Assembly: GCA_030167865.1 (NCBI GenBank)
Contig: JALAGF010003861.1
Span: forward strand, 1-42,656
Direction of reading: 5' to 3'
DNA length: 42,656 nt
Origin: Craspedostauros australis
Taxonomy: Eukaryota
Part shown: in pieces, positions 20,015 through 30,920 of the stretch
Position numbering within the stretch: the stretch's first letter is position 1
Layout of the letters: each line of letters opens with the position of its first letter
Program-made: the position numbers and the translations under genes
Notes under the pieces: generated by a model
Databases searched by the model: none
Told to the model about the DNA's origin: nothing
Seen by the model: only the letters and a program-made list of their open reading frames with translations

Positions 20015-20374
20015 TTCGATGAGATGAAACGAGTCGAGTCGAGTTCAGTCGAGACGACATGAGAGGCAAAAAGATCAGAGTTGATCTTGTCACAGATTGC
20101 CTCTGGATCGTAACCCTCAAGATGATGTCGATGGTTGTACCATCAGCAGATGATTTCGTTAAAGCGCAAGTTAGTTCTATTCTCCCCTTCTCCCTCCGAA
20201 CCCTGTTGGAGGTTGTGTTGCAAAATTTAAACCACCATGCTCTCTATCGTTATGAGAACTTATTGGGAATAGCAGAGTTTGACACCTTGGCTAACTTTAC
20301 GAGTGGCTGGAGAGCCCCATATAGTACATTGCTCTCTTCCCATCACACCACAATGCTGGAGATCTCCAATTGAG

Positions 20375-21556
20375 TTACCAGCGGTCGATGGGGCTCAGAT
20401 ACCTCTTTGGTGGACGCAAGGTATCACGAGGACTCTGTTTGGTGCGACCCTTGCACATGGTGGGTGGCACATCTCTGCCGTACGCATTCGATACGGCCAG
20501 CCATCGGTACATACCTGTGGCAGGATCTCCACATTCGCAGTTCGTCCTGTTGAGGTCGCGGTTGGCTCTAGATGAACAGCTGCACGATCGTGGTGTCGAG
20601 TCTGTGTTGTAGGCGCCCGATGATCTGTGCCGCTGCTCACGACGTTGATGCTGATGCTGATGCTGACGTTCGTGGCAGTGGGTGCTGTGTTCACATCGGT
20701 CGTGGTCATCCATACTGCGATCATCTGCATATGTCAGGCTCTTGCTGTCCTGATCGCTGTCCGTTTGTGCTTCCTCCTTGTCTTCGTCGCAGCTGATGGA
20801 CGGCTGGCGAGTGACAATGTCATCACTATCGCCGCTATCGCTGCTGCTACCGCCACAATCCCCATTCTCCGCAACGTCGCACGTGCCGTTGTCTTCCTTG
20901 ATCAGATTCAACGACATGTCGCTCCCAAACGGCGATGAGAGCAGCATGCTAGACCTTCGTCGGAAGGATCCGAAGAAGTGGGACGAATGGATCGATTGCT
21001 GCTGGCACGGCGTGGCCGACGCAGACGCCGAGAGCACTGAAGGAGATGATGATGGCGGTGGTGGCGAGTGTGATGCCGTTGGCCAGGATTTACGTGGGGG
21101 GTGGCAGGACGTCCTCCTTTTGGAGACGATGATGCTTTTGGGGCTCTTGCTCGAGAGGATGGGGTTGCTGCTGCGGCGGCGGTTGAATGTTAGCATCTCA
21201 TCATCGGATGAATGGGTGATGCCATCGATCATCGCCGTTCCTGCGTTGATGGTCATCTGGATTGGGCTGAAGTTCGAATTTATCTGACTTGATCCCTCAA
21301 GAGAAAGGACTGGAGTAACTTGATTTGGCTTGCGTTGGATTTGGGAGAATTTCTGCGGCTCCAGTGACTTGGGGGTTGGTTGTCTAAGATCAGATTGTGG
21401 GCCTATGTCGACGGATGTGGATGTGGATGTGGATGCGGAAGTGGAAGTGGAAGTGGAAGGAAGCAAGGAAGGGAGGATCGACTTCGTTGGAAATGCCCCT
21501 GTATTGAGGAGGATGTCATCGACGGTGATCATGCTCTGGCTGTCGAAGCCTCTCAT
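20375..21556 (-). CDS. Hypothetical Ser-rich protein
   Basis: The ORF is open from 21634 and the first ATG is at 21556, so a 5' exon may exist. It has many RRxS/RRRSS sites and a C-terminal RW...PPKRYLS segment. Confidence 0.6.
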   Translation of the reverse strand: MRGFDSQSMITVDDILLNTGAFPTKSILPSLLPSTSTSTSASTSTSTSVDIGPQSDLRQPTPKSLEPQKFSQIQRKPNQVTPVLSLEGSSQINSNFSPIQMTINAGTAMIDGITHSSDDEMLTFNRRRSSNPILSSKSPKSIIVSKRRTSCHPPRKSWPTASHSPPPPSSSPSVLSASASATPCQQQSIHSSHFFGSFRRRSSMLLSSPFGSDMSLNLIKEDNGTCDVAENGDCGGSSSDSGDSDDIVTRQPSISCDEDKEEAQTDSDQDSKSLTYADDRSMDDHDRCEHSTHCHERQHQHQHQRREQRHRSSGAYNTDSTPRSCSCSSRANRDLNRTNCECGDPATGMYRWLAVSNAYGRDVPPTMCKGRTKQSPRDTLRPPKRYLSPIDRW

Positions 21557-22829
21557 GACACCCAAGTTTCTTTTCCCACCAGCCAACCCGCGCTGTTGGG
21601 GGTGGACCGAACCAGGCAAGAAGATACTCAGCCCTCAGCCACTCAAGACGTCCAACCCGCTTCGGCCAAACCAACATCAGCATCAACAAGGCACAATGCC
21701 AAGGAAGTTCGTACGAGTACTCATGCGAGTACGAGCAGCGGTCGAAAGATCAAGGGGAAGCTTCTGCGAGTTCGTCAAGGAAGGTCGTTTCGGCTTCGCT
21801 TCCATCCATCACAAACATCAGTTTGGCGTCACTCCCTTGGCGAAAGAACGGTCGTGAGCGCAGACGAAGGACAATTATGCTGATTGAATCACAAGTTGAC
21901 ACCATTGCGGAACCCGAGGAACGCAGAAGTCGTCCGGTTGTTCCTTCATGTCACTATTTGTAAGAGGACGCGAAAACGTTGTGAGAATGACATCACTGAA
22001 AGAGTCTCTGGAGTTCATTGAAGACATAAGCCGAAAAGCGCTAATGACCACAAAGAGAATCGATGAATGTCGATGACATTGAGAGGTCTTCGTTCGTGAC
22101 CTCGCTGGTACACACCGTGTGGGCAAGCTTCACGGAACTCCGACCAGATCTGATCCGATCCGACCTGATCCAACCCACCTCAAGTTCGCGATGCACTCCG
22201 ACAGGCACACAAACGACAGAGCAGAGCAGAGAAAGGATGAGAGAAGAGCGCAGAGAAGGGTGCAGAGAAAAGTCGGCCAGGAGAAGAAAGCGGTTGGGAA
22301 AAGACCCTCAACGAGAATGCAAAAAGTGAGGCCTTGCGCGATTGTGGATGGTGTGACTCCTCGAAGCGACGAAGGCAAGGTGACGCTCATTCTCACCAGC
22401 GGATGATTGGGGTGACCACTACAGCGGATGTACGACTACGGCGCGTGCATCAGAACTTGCGATGATGTGCATTGGGATCGATCGATCGATCGTTCAATCC
22501 GTCCGCTTAGTTGTTGTGGGTCTTTGCTGTCTGAACTTTGTGATCAGCATGATTCTGCTGATACATGATGTGATGCTTGTAGGGACGAGCATTGGTATGT
22601 TTGGTAGAGAAGGTCGAATGCTATTAGGTAGATTGTGGTGGCAGCGTGGTACGCATGGTGCAATTGCATGATTTCTCTATCATTTTGTGATCTTCCACTT
22701 GCGAGGACGATGTGTATTGAATGAACCTTTTCTTCATCGCCGCTGTTCTTATCATCAGTGCGATTCTCGGCGTCGTCATCATCATCGTTGTCTTGTTGCG
22801 ATGATCGCAGTGAACCATCCATGCCATGC

Positions 22830-25100
22830 CTACGACAAGCTTGAGCTGGATCCATCAAAGGACCCCCTTGGTGACGAAGGCTGCTGATGCCCAGCACCAC
22901 CGGCATTCCGGTCAAGGAAGAATGTCTTTGGCAACATGGTGATGAGGGCTGTGAGGTTGGACATGACGACTGCGTTCGAGAGATCCTTTTCGTTGTTGAG
23001 GGCCATGCCTTGATCGGCGATGAGGTACCGCACGATGTCTAACTTCCTTGTATCCTGCAGGGCGATGGACAGCACTGAGCGTCCTTTGGAGGTGAGGAGC
23101 GGGGAGGGCGACTTGCGTCCCTTGCCGGCGACGCGCAGGGGGCAGAAATGCTCAGAGCACAGCCATTCCACCAACTTGATGTTCCCCCCGATGACAGCAA
23201 GGTGGACGGGATGACAAATCTCCGCTCCGCGTTCCTTGCTGTATGCTGATGCGCGCAAGTTGACGTTGCCAGTGCTGTAGAGATCGGCGGCAGTTTTGTG
23301 CCTGCCCAATAGTAGGGCATTGGAGAAGGTCGAGGATAGCCAGTCGCACGCGAGGCAGACCTTGAGCTGGCTAAGGTTTTTGGGATTGTAGGTGCTGGGG
23401 ACCATGCGGGATGGCCAGGTGATGGTGCAGTTGGAGCAGATACAAATCCCGCAGTTCCGACAGTGACTGGGACGGCGCAGCAGGGCAAATTTGGCCTTGC
23501 AGATGAAGCAGATGGGGTTGTCGTCAAATGCATGCATCAGTGGGACCGCCATCGAGAGACCAATTTCAAATGCCTCCTTCTGCGTGGGCGCCGTGAAGCT
23601 GCAGATACTGCGTTCGATCTCGACCGTATCCTTGGCCTCCAATGCCTTCTGATTGGTCGTGACGGACGCAACCCACTGGTTGGTGGCCTTGTTGCGTTTC
23701 AGCGTCCATTTGAGCAGATCGCGCTTGCGTATGCATTCCGGAGTGGCGGCAATATCAACGGCGTCTGTGGATTTGCGGGAGTCGCCAAAGATGCGTTCCT
23801 TCGCACCCTTGGGACGATGCAACTCCTTGAATGCGGCAATGCGTTTTTGCTCCTCCTCGTCGTCAACGCTGTACACCACGGTGGCGCCGCTGATCCCCTT
23901 GCCATGCCGCACGGCGACGACGTCCGCCTGCGCGGCTGATTGCAACAGCTGCTGTCGGACGCGTTTCGCAATGTCGGCTTCCGCATCCGAGGATAGTTCT
24001 GCTGCCACGACGAGATTGGACGGCTGCTGCGTCATGGCGCTTGATTCGTGAATTTCCAGGACAGTTGGCAACGATGATGATATGGGCGACATCCCCTGTT
24101 GCTGCCGCGCATTGTGGTACTTGGCGGAGTTGAGCGACATGAGATCGTGCTCTGTTTGAATGAGCTGCGCCTCCTGCGGTGTCAGTTGCGAGGCAGACAC
24201 AGCTCTCCTCTGCACGTGTTCGCCCTGCACGGAGTACGCTCCAGGCCGCACAGCAACCGCCTGCGCACGCACTTCTCTGGCACTGCGATTTTTGGTGTGC
24301 ATCGCATCCTTCTCCTCGCGTTGCTTGACGATGGCCATGTCTTCATCGGCATACTGAATCGTCGCCGCTGCTTTCGCTGCAAAAGCTGAAGTTGGTGGTG
24401 ACGATGCGGACGCTGCGGCTGGTGGCGATGATCGGGTTGTGACCCTGGATTTGGTGTCAGCAGCAGCCTTGGAGAGTTTGGGCATGCTCGCTGGCTTCTT
24501 GATGGAAGCGTTGCCTCTTGGCGCTCTTCTACTCGCCAGCGATGAGCTCATTTGTGATAGGCTGGTTGTTGCTGATGCTGTTGCTTGCGACGACGATGAT
24601 GACGAAGTTGGTGATGATGTGGTGATCAATCTGGAGGTGCTGGCTGGCTTTGGTGGAACAGGGGAGGAAGAATGTGCACCATTGGCGGCGAGACGTCCGG
24701 CAGCTTGCTTTTGTGGTGGTCCGCGAGGAGAGACTCCGCTGTCCATGCTGGTAGTCTTTCGAACTCCCCTGGAACTGGGTGGCTTCCTCGGAGATTTGGC
24801 GGTGTCGCTGATGCTTTTGGAGACGCGACGAATTGGCTGCATTGCCGGTTGTGTCTTGCTGCTCCGCCTCTCTGGCCTCCTTTCTGCATTCTTGATTCCT
24901 GCCATTTCCTTGTCTGTCATCTTTTTGGTGCTGCTGCCGCTGGTGGTGCTGCCATTTGTTCCACTGCCGCTGCTCTTCTCTTTCCGCTTTCCACTTTCGT
25001 TGATGTTGCCTCTCTGGCCGGATGGTCGTGATGTTGCCTGCGATGTTGTCTGTGACCTTGTCTTTGAAGGCGATGCCTTCTTTCCTTTCGAATCCGACAT
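22830..25100 (-). CDS. FYVE zinc-finger protein with ankyrin-like C-terminal repeats and a Ser/Lys/Arg-rich N-terminus
   Basis: CFICKAKFALLRRPSHCRNCGICICSNC...KVCLAC supplies 8 Cys of a FYVE finger (about 23525-23340). HPVHLAVIGGNIKLVEWL and GRSVLSIALQ...DIVRYLI are ankyrin-like. First ATG is at 25100 (MSDSKGKK). Confidence 0.88.
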   Translation of the reverse strand: MSDSKGKKASPSKTRSQTTSQATSRPSGQRGNINESGKRKEKSSGSGTNGSTTSGSSTKKMTDKEMAGIKNAERRPERRSSKTQPAMQPIRRVSKSISDTAKSPRKPPSSRGVRKTTSMDSGVSPRGPPQKQAAGRLAANGAHSSSPVPPKPASTSRLITTSSPTSSSSSSQATASATTSLSQMSSSLASRRAPRGNASIKKPASMPKLSKAAADTKSRVTTRSSPPAAASASSPPTSAFAAKAAATIQYADEDMAIVKQREEKDAMHTKNRSAREVRAQAVAVRPGAYSVQGEHVQRRAVSASQLTPQEAQLIQTEHDLMSLNSAKYHNARQQQGMSPISSSLPTVLEIHESSAMTQQPSNLVVAAELSSDAEADIAKRVRQQLLQSAAQADVVAVRHGKGISGATVVYSVDDEEEQKRIAAFKELHRPKGAKERIFGDSRKSTDAVDIAATPECIRKRDLLKWTLKRNKATNQWVASVTTNQKALEAKDTVEIERSICSFTAPTQKEAFEIGLSMAVPLMHAFDDNPICFICKAKFALLRRPSHCRNCGICICSNCTITWPSRMVPSTYNPKNLSQLKVCLACDWLSSTFSNALLLGRHKTAADLYSTGNVNLRASAYSKERGAEICHPVHLAVIGGNIKLVEWLCSEHFCPLRVAGKGRKSPSPLLTSKGRSVLSIALQDTRKLDIVRYLIADQGMALNNEKDLSNAVVMSNLTALITMLPKTFFLDRNAGGAGHQQPSSPRGSFDGSSSSLS

Positions 25101-26116
25101 GGTTGCTGCAGCAGTTGGCAACTATACTCCCAACCCAGATCTTCAATGTCAGCGTCAACCTGCGCCCGAATTGTCCAGCAGAGCGGCACTCTCCTCTTCT
25201 CTGCTTTGCTTTGCTTGAGAAGTGATTAGGTTTCTTGCTTTGGGTGAGATCGTTGTGCTTCTGAGCTGCTGTTGGGCTCACGGATGGCCCTTGCCTGCAA
25301 CTGGATGGCTGGCGGTGCTGTACTGATGCCTGCTTTGTGATGTTCCCTCCTTCGGCTTGAAGACGACTCCGTCAGCGCCCAGATGCGGCAAGATACGAGC
25401 TGTCTAATCCGTTCTTCTTTCCTTGCGCGTTTCATTCACACGATCCAAATGCGACTCCTTGTCTCTGTCTTTGCAAACACAGCCGCGACGTCATGGGATC
25501 TTGCGATTCAACACATGTGCAGATCGTTCTCTCCGCATTTTGTGGTTGTTTGCCTGCTCCAGCCACAATTATCGGGAGCTGATGGCTTTTCGCCAAAAGC
25601 ATCGAATCGTGCCAAGACAGATCGAGATAGTGTATCCGAGTTAATTTTGACGATTTGCAAGTCGTGTACGTTGGGGTCAACGGTGTTAAAGAGCATGCTG
25701 TCAGTAAAACAATGTCCACACGATGTCTTAGCTTCAGTGTAATTAATAAGAACCAATAAAGCCACATTATTCGTGGATAACATTTTTCATTTCTACGTCA
25801 TCTCTGATGGTACAAAAAAAGCCATCTTTTTGGTTCCGTATCCAAGAAAGTGATATTAGACAAGAAGCTACATACCGATCCGAAGCCAAAGATCCCTCAC
25901 ATCACTTCGTCTTGGTGTGTCTGTTGGTTGCATTCATCCTTCTTGTTCTTGTTCTTGTTCTCGTTGTGCGCCGCCTCGCCTCTGCTCCGCACTCTCGCCT
26001 GGCCTCGCCTCGTCTCATCTCATCTCGCCCGACCTCCACTCTGCCGCATGTACTCGCAAAGGCACAATTGCCTTCCAACGCTGTGCTCAAGACACAAACG
26101 CAGACACTTGCAAGGA

Positions 26117-27694
26117 ATGCGTCCAATCAGCTTCGCTGCATTCCTGGTCCTATCCTCCGTCGTTCCCACTCGGTGTGCTTTCTCGTCTGATCGATCCATC
26201 TCAAGACAGCAAGGAAGTGCTGCTCTCCGCCACCTATCCCCCTCTTCACGATCCCTTCCACACGCACAGTTCAAGCTCCATCCACGTTGCATCATGTCAT
26301 CTCCCGCAGGTCGCGCGAAGACGGCCGTGGGCAGCGCTGCGGCTGCTAGCACTACTGCCGCTGCATCCAGCGAAGCAACGAAGGCCATGAAGCTGCGCGT
26401 GGTGAGCTACAACGTCCTATCCTCGGGGCTCTCCGGGGCGGATCACTTCACCACCTACAATCCCGATCACCTACTGCCTTCCAACCGACTTCCCGTCGTC
26501 CTTCAGAAGCTCGACGACGAGGTGGACCGAGACGCCATCATCTGCCTGCAGGAGGTCTCCCACGAATGGGCAGGAGCCCTGCACACCTACTTCGCCAACA
26601 AGGGCTACCACATGACCACGGGACTGTACGGCAAGAGCTTCAGCGGATACATGGGAGTCGCCCTGGCCTGGCCCACCGCAACGATGGAGACGCTGGATGT
26701 TGACATCTGCCGTCTCAGCGACAAGCGCCAGACGGGGTGGCCGCAGGAACCGGAGGACGACACCGATGCCATCGGCAAGCTGTGGGAGAAGGCCAAGAAG
26801 GAGGTGCGGCAGTCCCTCGTCAACTTCGGCCTCGCGGATCGGCCACCGGCTGAGCCATGGGATATGTCGCAATGGAGATCCAACATGATCGTGACGGCCA
26901 CGCTGAAGCATCGCGCATCGCAGAACGTCTTCTCTTTGGGCACGTACCACATGCCGTGCGCCTTCTACGCACCGCAGGTCATGACGGTAAGGATACATAT
27001 GCGCATGTGCGCGCATGTGGGCTCATGTGGGCATCGATACTCGTATGCATCAGTTGTCAGGGGCTTGGGTTGCGAGGATCATCTTTGCTGGTATCATATA
27101 GTACTACGCATCGCATAACCTCACCACCACCTGCTCCATTGTCCATTTCGCACTCCGCCACCACCCTTTCTCTCTATTTCGCGCACGCGCCCACACATAA
27201 ATGAATGCATGAATGAATGAATGAATGCATGAATGACACAGATCCACTCCGAAATGGCCGTCAAGCATGTGCAGACGTTGGCGGATGGCAATCCCTGCAT
27301 CTTGGCGGGCGATTTCAACATCAAGCCTGTGGATCCCATGTACACGCTCCTCACCACAGGCGCCATGGAGAAGGACGCAGCCACGGACGTCGGTCCAGCC
27401 TACCCTGTCCCCAAGTGGGGCATGGAATGGGAACCGACCATCCAGCCCATGATCAGCGCTTACGCACAGGCACTCGGCAAGGAACCTGCCTTCACCAACC
27501 ACGCTCGCGTTCACGAGAACGAACCGTTCATCGACACCCTGGATTACATATTCTGCAGCGACCAATGGAAGGTGGATGGGGTGCTGGAGCTTCCCGCCGA
27601 ACAGGACGAATCGAAGGGACCTTTCCCCAACCTCGAGCACAACGAAGCCAGCGATCATGTGCTCATCGCCGCAGACCTGTCCCTGGGGTCCTAA
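26117..27694 (+). CDS. Endonuclease/exonuclease/phosphatase (EEP) family protein, CCR4/nocturnin/PDE12-like; two exons, join(26117..26986,27242..27694), about 440 aa
   Basis: Exon 1 has VVSYNVLS, IICLQEV and YHMPCAF. Exon 2 has ILAGDFN, FTN, TLDYIF and SDH. A phase-0 intron joins ...PQVMT|IHSEMAV.... The N-terminus MRPISFAAFLVLSSVVPTRCA|FSSDRS resembles a signal peptide followed by a transit peptide. Confidence 0.9.
26987..27241 (+). other. Spliceosomal GT-AG intron (255 nt) of the EEP gene
   Basis: Donor ACG|GTAAGG at 26987 and acceptor ACACAG|ATC at 27241. Removing it fuses the two half-domain ORFs in frame. Confidence 0.88.
27200..27236. repeat. (GAAT)n-like tetranucleotide repeat inside the intron
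   Basis: aatgaatgcatgaatgaatgaatgaatgcatgaatga. Confidence 0.85.
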
Positions 27695-28084
27695 GCAGAG
27701 TTTGCTGCAGTATCAAAAGTAACGCTACAACAAGCACACCCTCAAGGTCGCGGCAGAGTACTGCCCTGCCTGCTTATACACAATGTGCAGAGTGGAGCAG
27801 AGCACAGTATTTGGTTTGGTTTGTCTTATTTCATTGATCTATTGTTGTTCCAACGTCTTGCATCATTGTGTTCGTATGGGACTTGTACTGCTCGTAGCAC
27901 GTTTCTCTCCCAACCGAAATGGCACGCCACTCTCTGGAGACTTTGTCCCGCGCTGCGCATTTGGTGCTCGTGGGGCATCCATTCCTTTAGTGCCAGCATA
28001 CACACAATGCAAAGAAAAGCGAACCAATGCGTCAATCATGGTCCACTTCTCTTCGAAAGCACCGTCACTGCCTTGGCTCGTGCT

Positions 28085-28552
28085 CTACTTCATCTCCGCC
28101 TCGGCCATCATGGCGGCAGCCCGCTCTTCCTGAAATGCCGCGATCTTGCTGCGCTTGCGCTCACCCAGCACGTGCTTGACGGCGCCCATGCTCTTCTGGA
28201 CCTTGCGCATGCGCTGCGGCTGCGGGAACTGGATCTGCCGCCGCCTGGACAGCTGCCGCTCCGTCAGCAGCATGTTGCGTTCCTTGTACAGGACGTACCA
28301 CAGCTTGTGCAGATCGTCGTAGCTCTTTCGCCGCAGCTCCTGGACGGTCCATTGGCGTCCGACGGGCTCCTGCATGCGCGTCTGGCGATCGACGGGATCC
28401 CGGAAGGCATCCAGCGGCGACTGCGTGCTCATGCTTCTGCAGGACAAGCCTTGGAATGCGGCTGCCATCTGCGGACGCGGCGCAGCGCTGCTTTGGAAGG
28501 AACGCGCGACCGCCGATCGCATGGTCGCAGCCGTGCTGCGCAGGTGGAACAT
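28085..28552 (-). CDS. MRPL47: Mitochondrial large ribosomal subunit protein uL29m (L47)
   Basis: GRQWTVQELRRKSYDDLHKLWYVLYKERNMLLTE...RMRKVQKSMGAVKHVLGER is the MRP-L47 signature. The N-terminus is R/S/A-rich and acid-free, as expected of a mitochondrial presequence. Confidence 0.96.
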   Translation of the reverse strand: MFHLRSTAATMRSAVARSFQSSAAPRPQMAAAFQGLSCRSMSTQSPLDAFRDPVDRQTRMQEPVGRQWTVQELRRKSYDDLHKLWYVLYKERNMLLTERQLSRRRQIQFPQPQRMRKVQKSMGAVKHVLGERKRSKIAAFQEERAAAMMAEAEMK

Positions 28553-30920
28553 GATGATTGTTGTTGTCGCTGGTGTTGCTCACTCTCCGTCTCTTTGTGT
28601 TCTTCGCGTCCTTCGTGGAAGGGAGAGATGGTGGGTTGACTGCCAAGCAGAGTACTCTGCTATGCTCTGATGCGCTACTCGATTGGTATTGCGACGCAAA
28701 GTAGAAGATGATGCCAGGCCTTGGTGCAATGTGATGGGTGGCGCGCTTCCTGTTGGATCTTCTTTCTGGTTGTTGTCGTTTCGGATGGCGCCATCGTCCG
28801 TCAGTCCATCCGTGCCACGATCGCCACACACCACAAAACGCGAATCGAAAACCGATTGACTCATCTGACCTTTCTGATTCACGTTTCTTAGTCATGAGTG
28901 GTATGCATGATCCCTTTGGCGCCACGGCGATGATCAAACATCGCCGAGAGACAGAGTGATTTTTATCAACGGCTTGAACCAGAAATGCTTGGCAAGGAAA
29001 GAGATGCGACGTGGTTGAATGGTTGTACGCCAGATCACGTTAGAAAAAAAGACACAACGCTAGAATGAACGAGTTTTTGAAGCCTTTTCGGATAAACTTC
29101 GCGTTCTCGCAACATGTTCCATGCCATCATGAGCGAATACACGACTTCTCCTCGGCACGATCGGATCGTTCGAATGATTTAACGTACACTTGGTATTCTC
29201 GCATGCTGACGCTATCGCAATACTAGTGCAGAGTGCATAGTGCAAGTTTATGCCGCTTTTGGGCGAAGATCTGTGTGTTCGAAACGGTGACAATCGAGTG
29301 ATTCGATTGTACTATACAGGCAAATGTGAGAGAAGACGAAGCGCTGCGTTGCTGTAGGATTTTCACGCATTGGTTGACCAGCGACGGAAAATCCTGCCGT
29401 TGCGCTGCGTTTGTAACAACATTGACATTTGACCCCTTCCCTTGTGACCAGATGTGGCGGACAGCTCCTTGGATCCATTTGGAATGTAGAACACCACAAA
29501 ACGTGCAGTACCGCACAATTTCATCGTTCTGGTTGTCATTCATGTCCAAGATACGGTACTGATAGTCGTACTCGTAGACTGTATCCAGTGCTCTAGTGTA
29601 CCATCCTGTTACGTACTTTGTCCTCCCACGTTGAGGCGCATTTTGTCATGGCTCTGTACCCACCGACGTGGCCAGAATCCGGTTGAACTACCAACAACAC
29701 AGGTTGTCCGTGATGAGTAGGAGTGATTGGTTGGTTGTGATGGTGGTGGATTGAAAACGTGCGTTACGGAAGGTTCTGTGAGGTTTTGTGTGACGATGCG
29801 AATCTGTTTCGCCTCGAAGAAACGATCACACGCAACGAAAGGGAAGCTAGTGAGGGGAAGATGCCAGACGCAATCATTCAAGCGCAACCGAGCGCAACCA
29901 AGTGTAACGAAATGCAATGTTATGCAACATTATGCAATGGAAAGAAGAAACAAACAAGCGCAAGCACAAGGCACAACGAAACTGAAGAGGAGCGACGATT
30001 GCGGGCTACCAATACCCGCACTCCACTGATCTCCTCACAGACCGCACTGTTCGCACTCCAAGATTCTAAGAACGCTGCTCGCGCCAAGAGACAAAAGTTG
30101 CGGACAACTGGGCCCATCATTCGATTAAGGGTAGCCCGCACCTATCCGTCCATACACGAGCCATCCATTCAACCAGCCACCTCTCCAGTCAGCAGCAACT
30201 TGTTCCGATACGACTGCATCACAACGAACCGCCCGCGAAAGAGGAGAACGCGGCCACAGCGATTTCTTTTCTTGCCGTCACTCCTCTCCTCGGCGCTCTC
30301 TCCATCTCTCTTGCTTTGCGAGCGCTCTTGGCATCGCATCACGTCGCATCACATCATATCATATCAGAGGAGCACCCTCGCACCACATACACTCGCACAG
30401 CGCCAATCCCAATACTGTACTACCATACTCGCGTCCTCCTCTGAGGTAGCACGCTGCACAGAGAGCCGCGCCAAGCAGGATTGGTCTCGTGCCACCACCC
30501 ACCAACTACCGCTGCCATCTTCCCCCTTGCGAGTGTTCAGGCGCCATTCGAGACGTCACACTCGCACTACCTGCCATACTCGCACCGTACCGTACCGTCC
30601 CGACACCACAACAAACACACTGCACGACGAGCGACGCAACCAGGCCACCACGAAAGTCGTGCGCGGCTGTGAGTCTTGTGCCATCCACAGCACCACAAGG
30701 ATCGGCTGACGTGATTTCAGGGGCCTAAGCCTGCTGCACATTGCACGCTTCACAGCTCGTACGGCACAAGTGTTTCTCCGCATCGATACCGGACCATCCC
30801 ACAACACAATACGAGTACGGACCCTCTGCTGTCCTCTACCCAACACTGACATCCACGTTCGGCACCTGCGTATCCAAAGAAAGCCCTCTCAAGCAAAGTG
30901 CGCAGATCTCCCCACCCACC

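Noticed and set aside
22544..22829. Acidic coding-like stretch (QDNDDDDDAENRTDDK) after the FYVE gene stop, as a possible extra exon or RING domain
   Set aside because: It is in a different frame, I found no convincing splice pair, and no RING Cys/His pattern follows. It is probably 3' UTR.
16508..25743. Imperfect inverted match ATTACACTAAACCTA versus ATTACACTGAAGCTA as CACTA-like termini
   Set aside because: Only 13 of 15 bases match, there are no subterminal repeats or transposase, and the interval contains ordinary host genes. This is compatible with chance.
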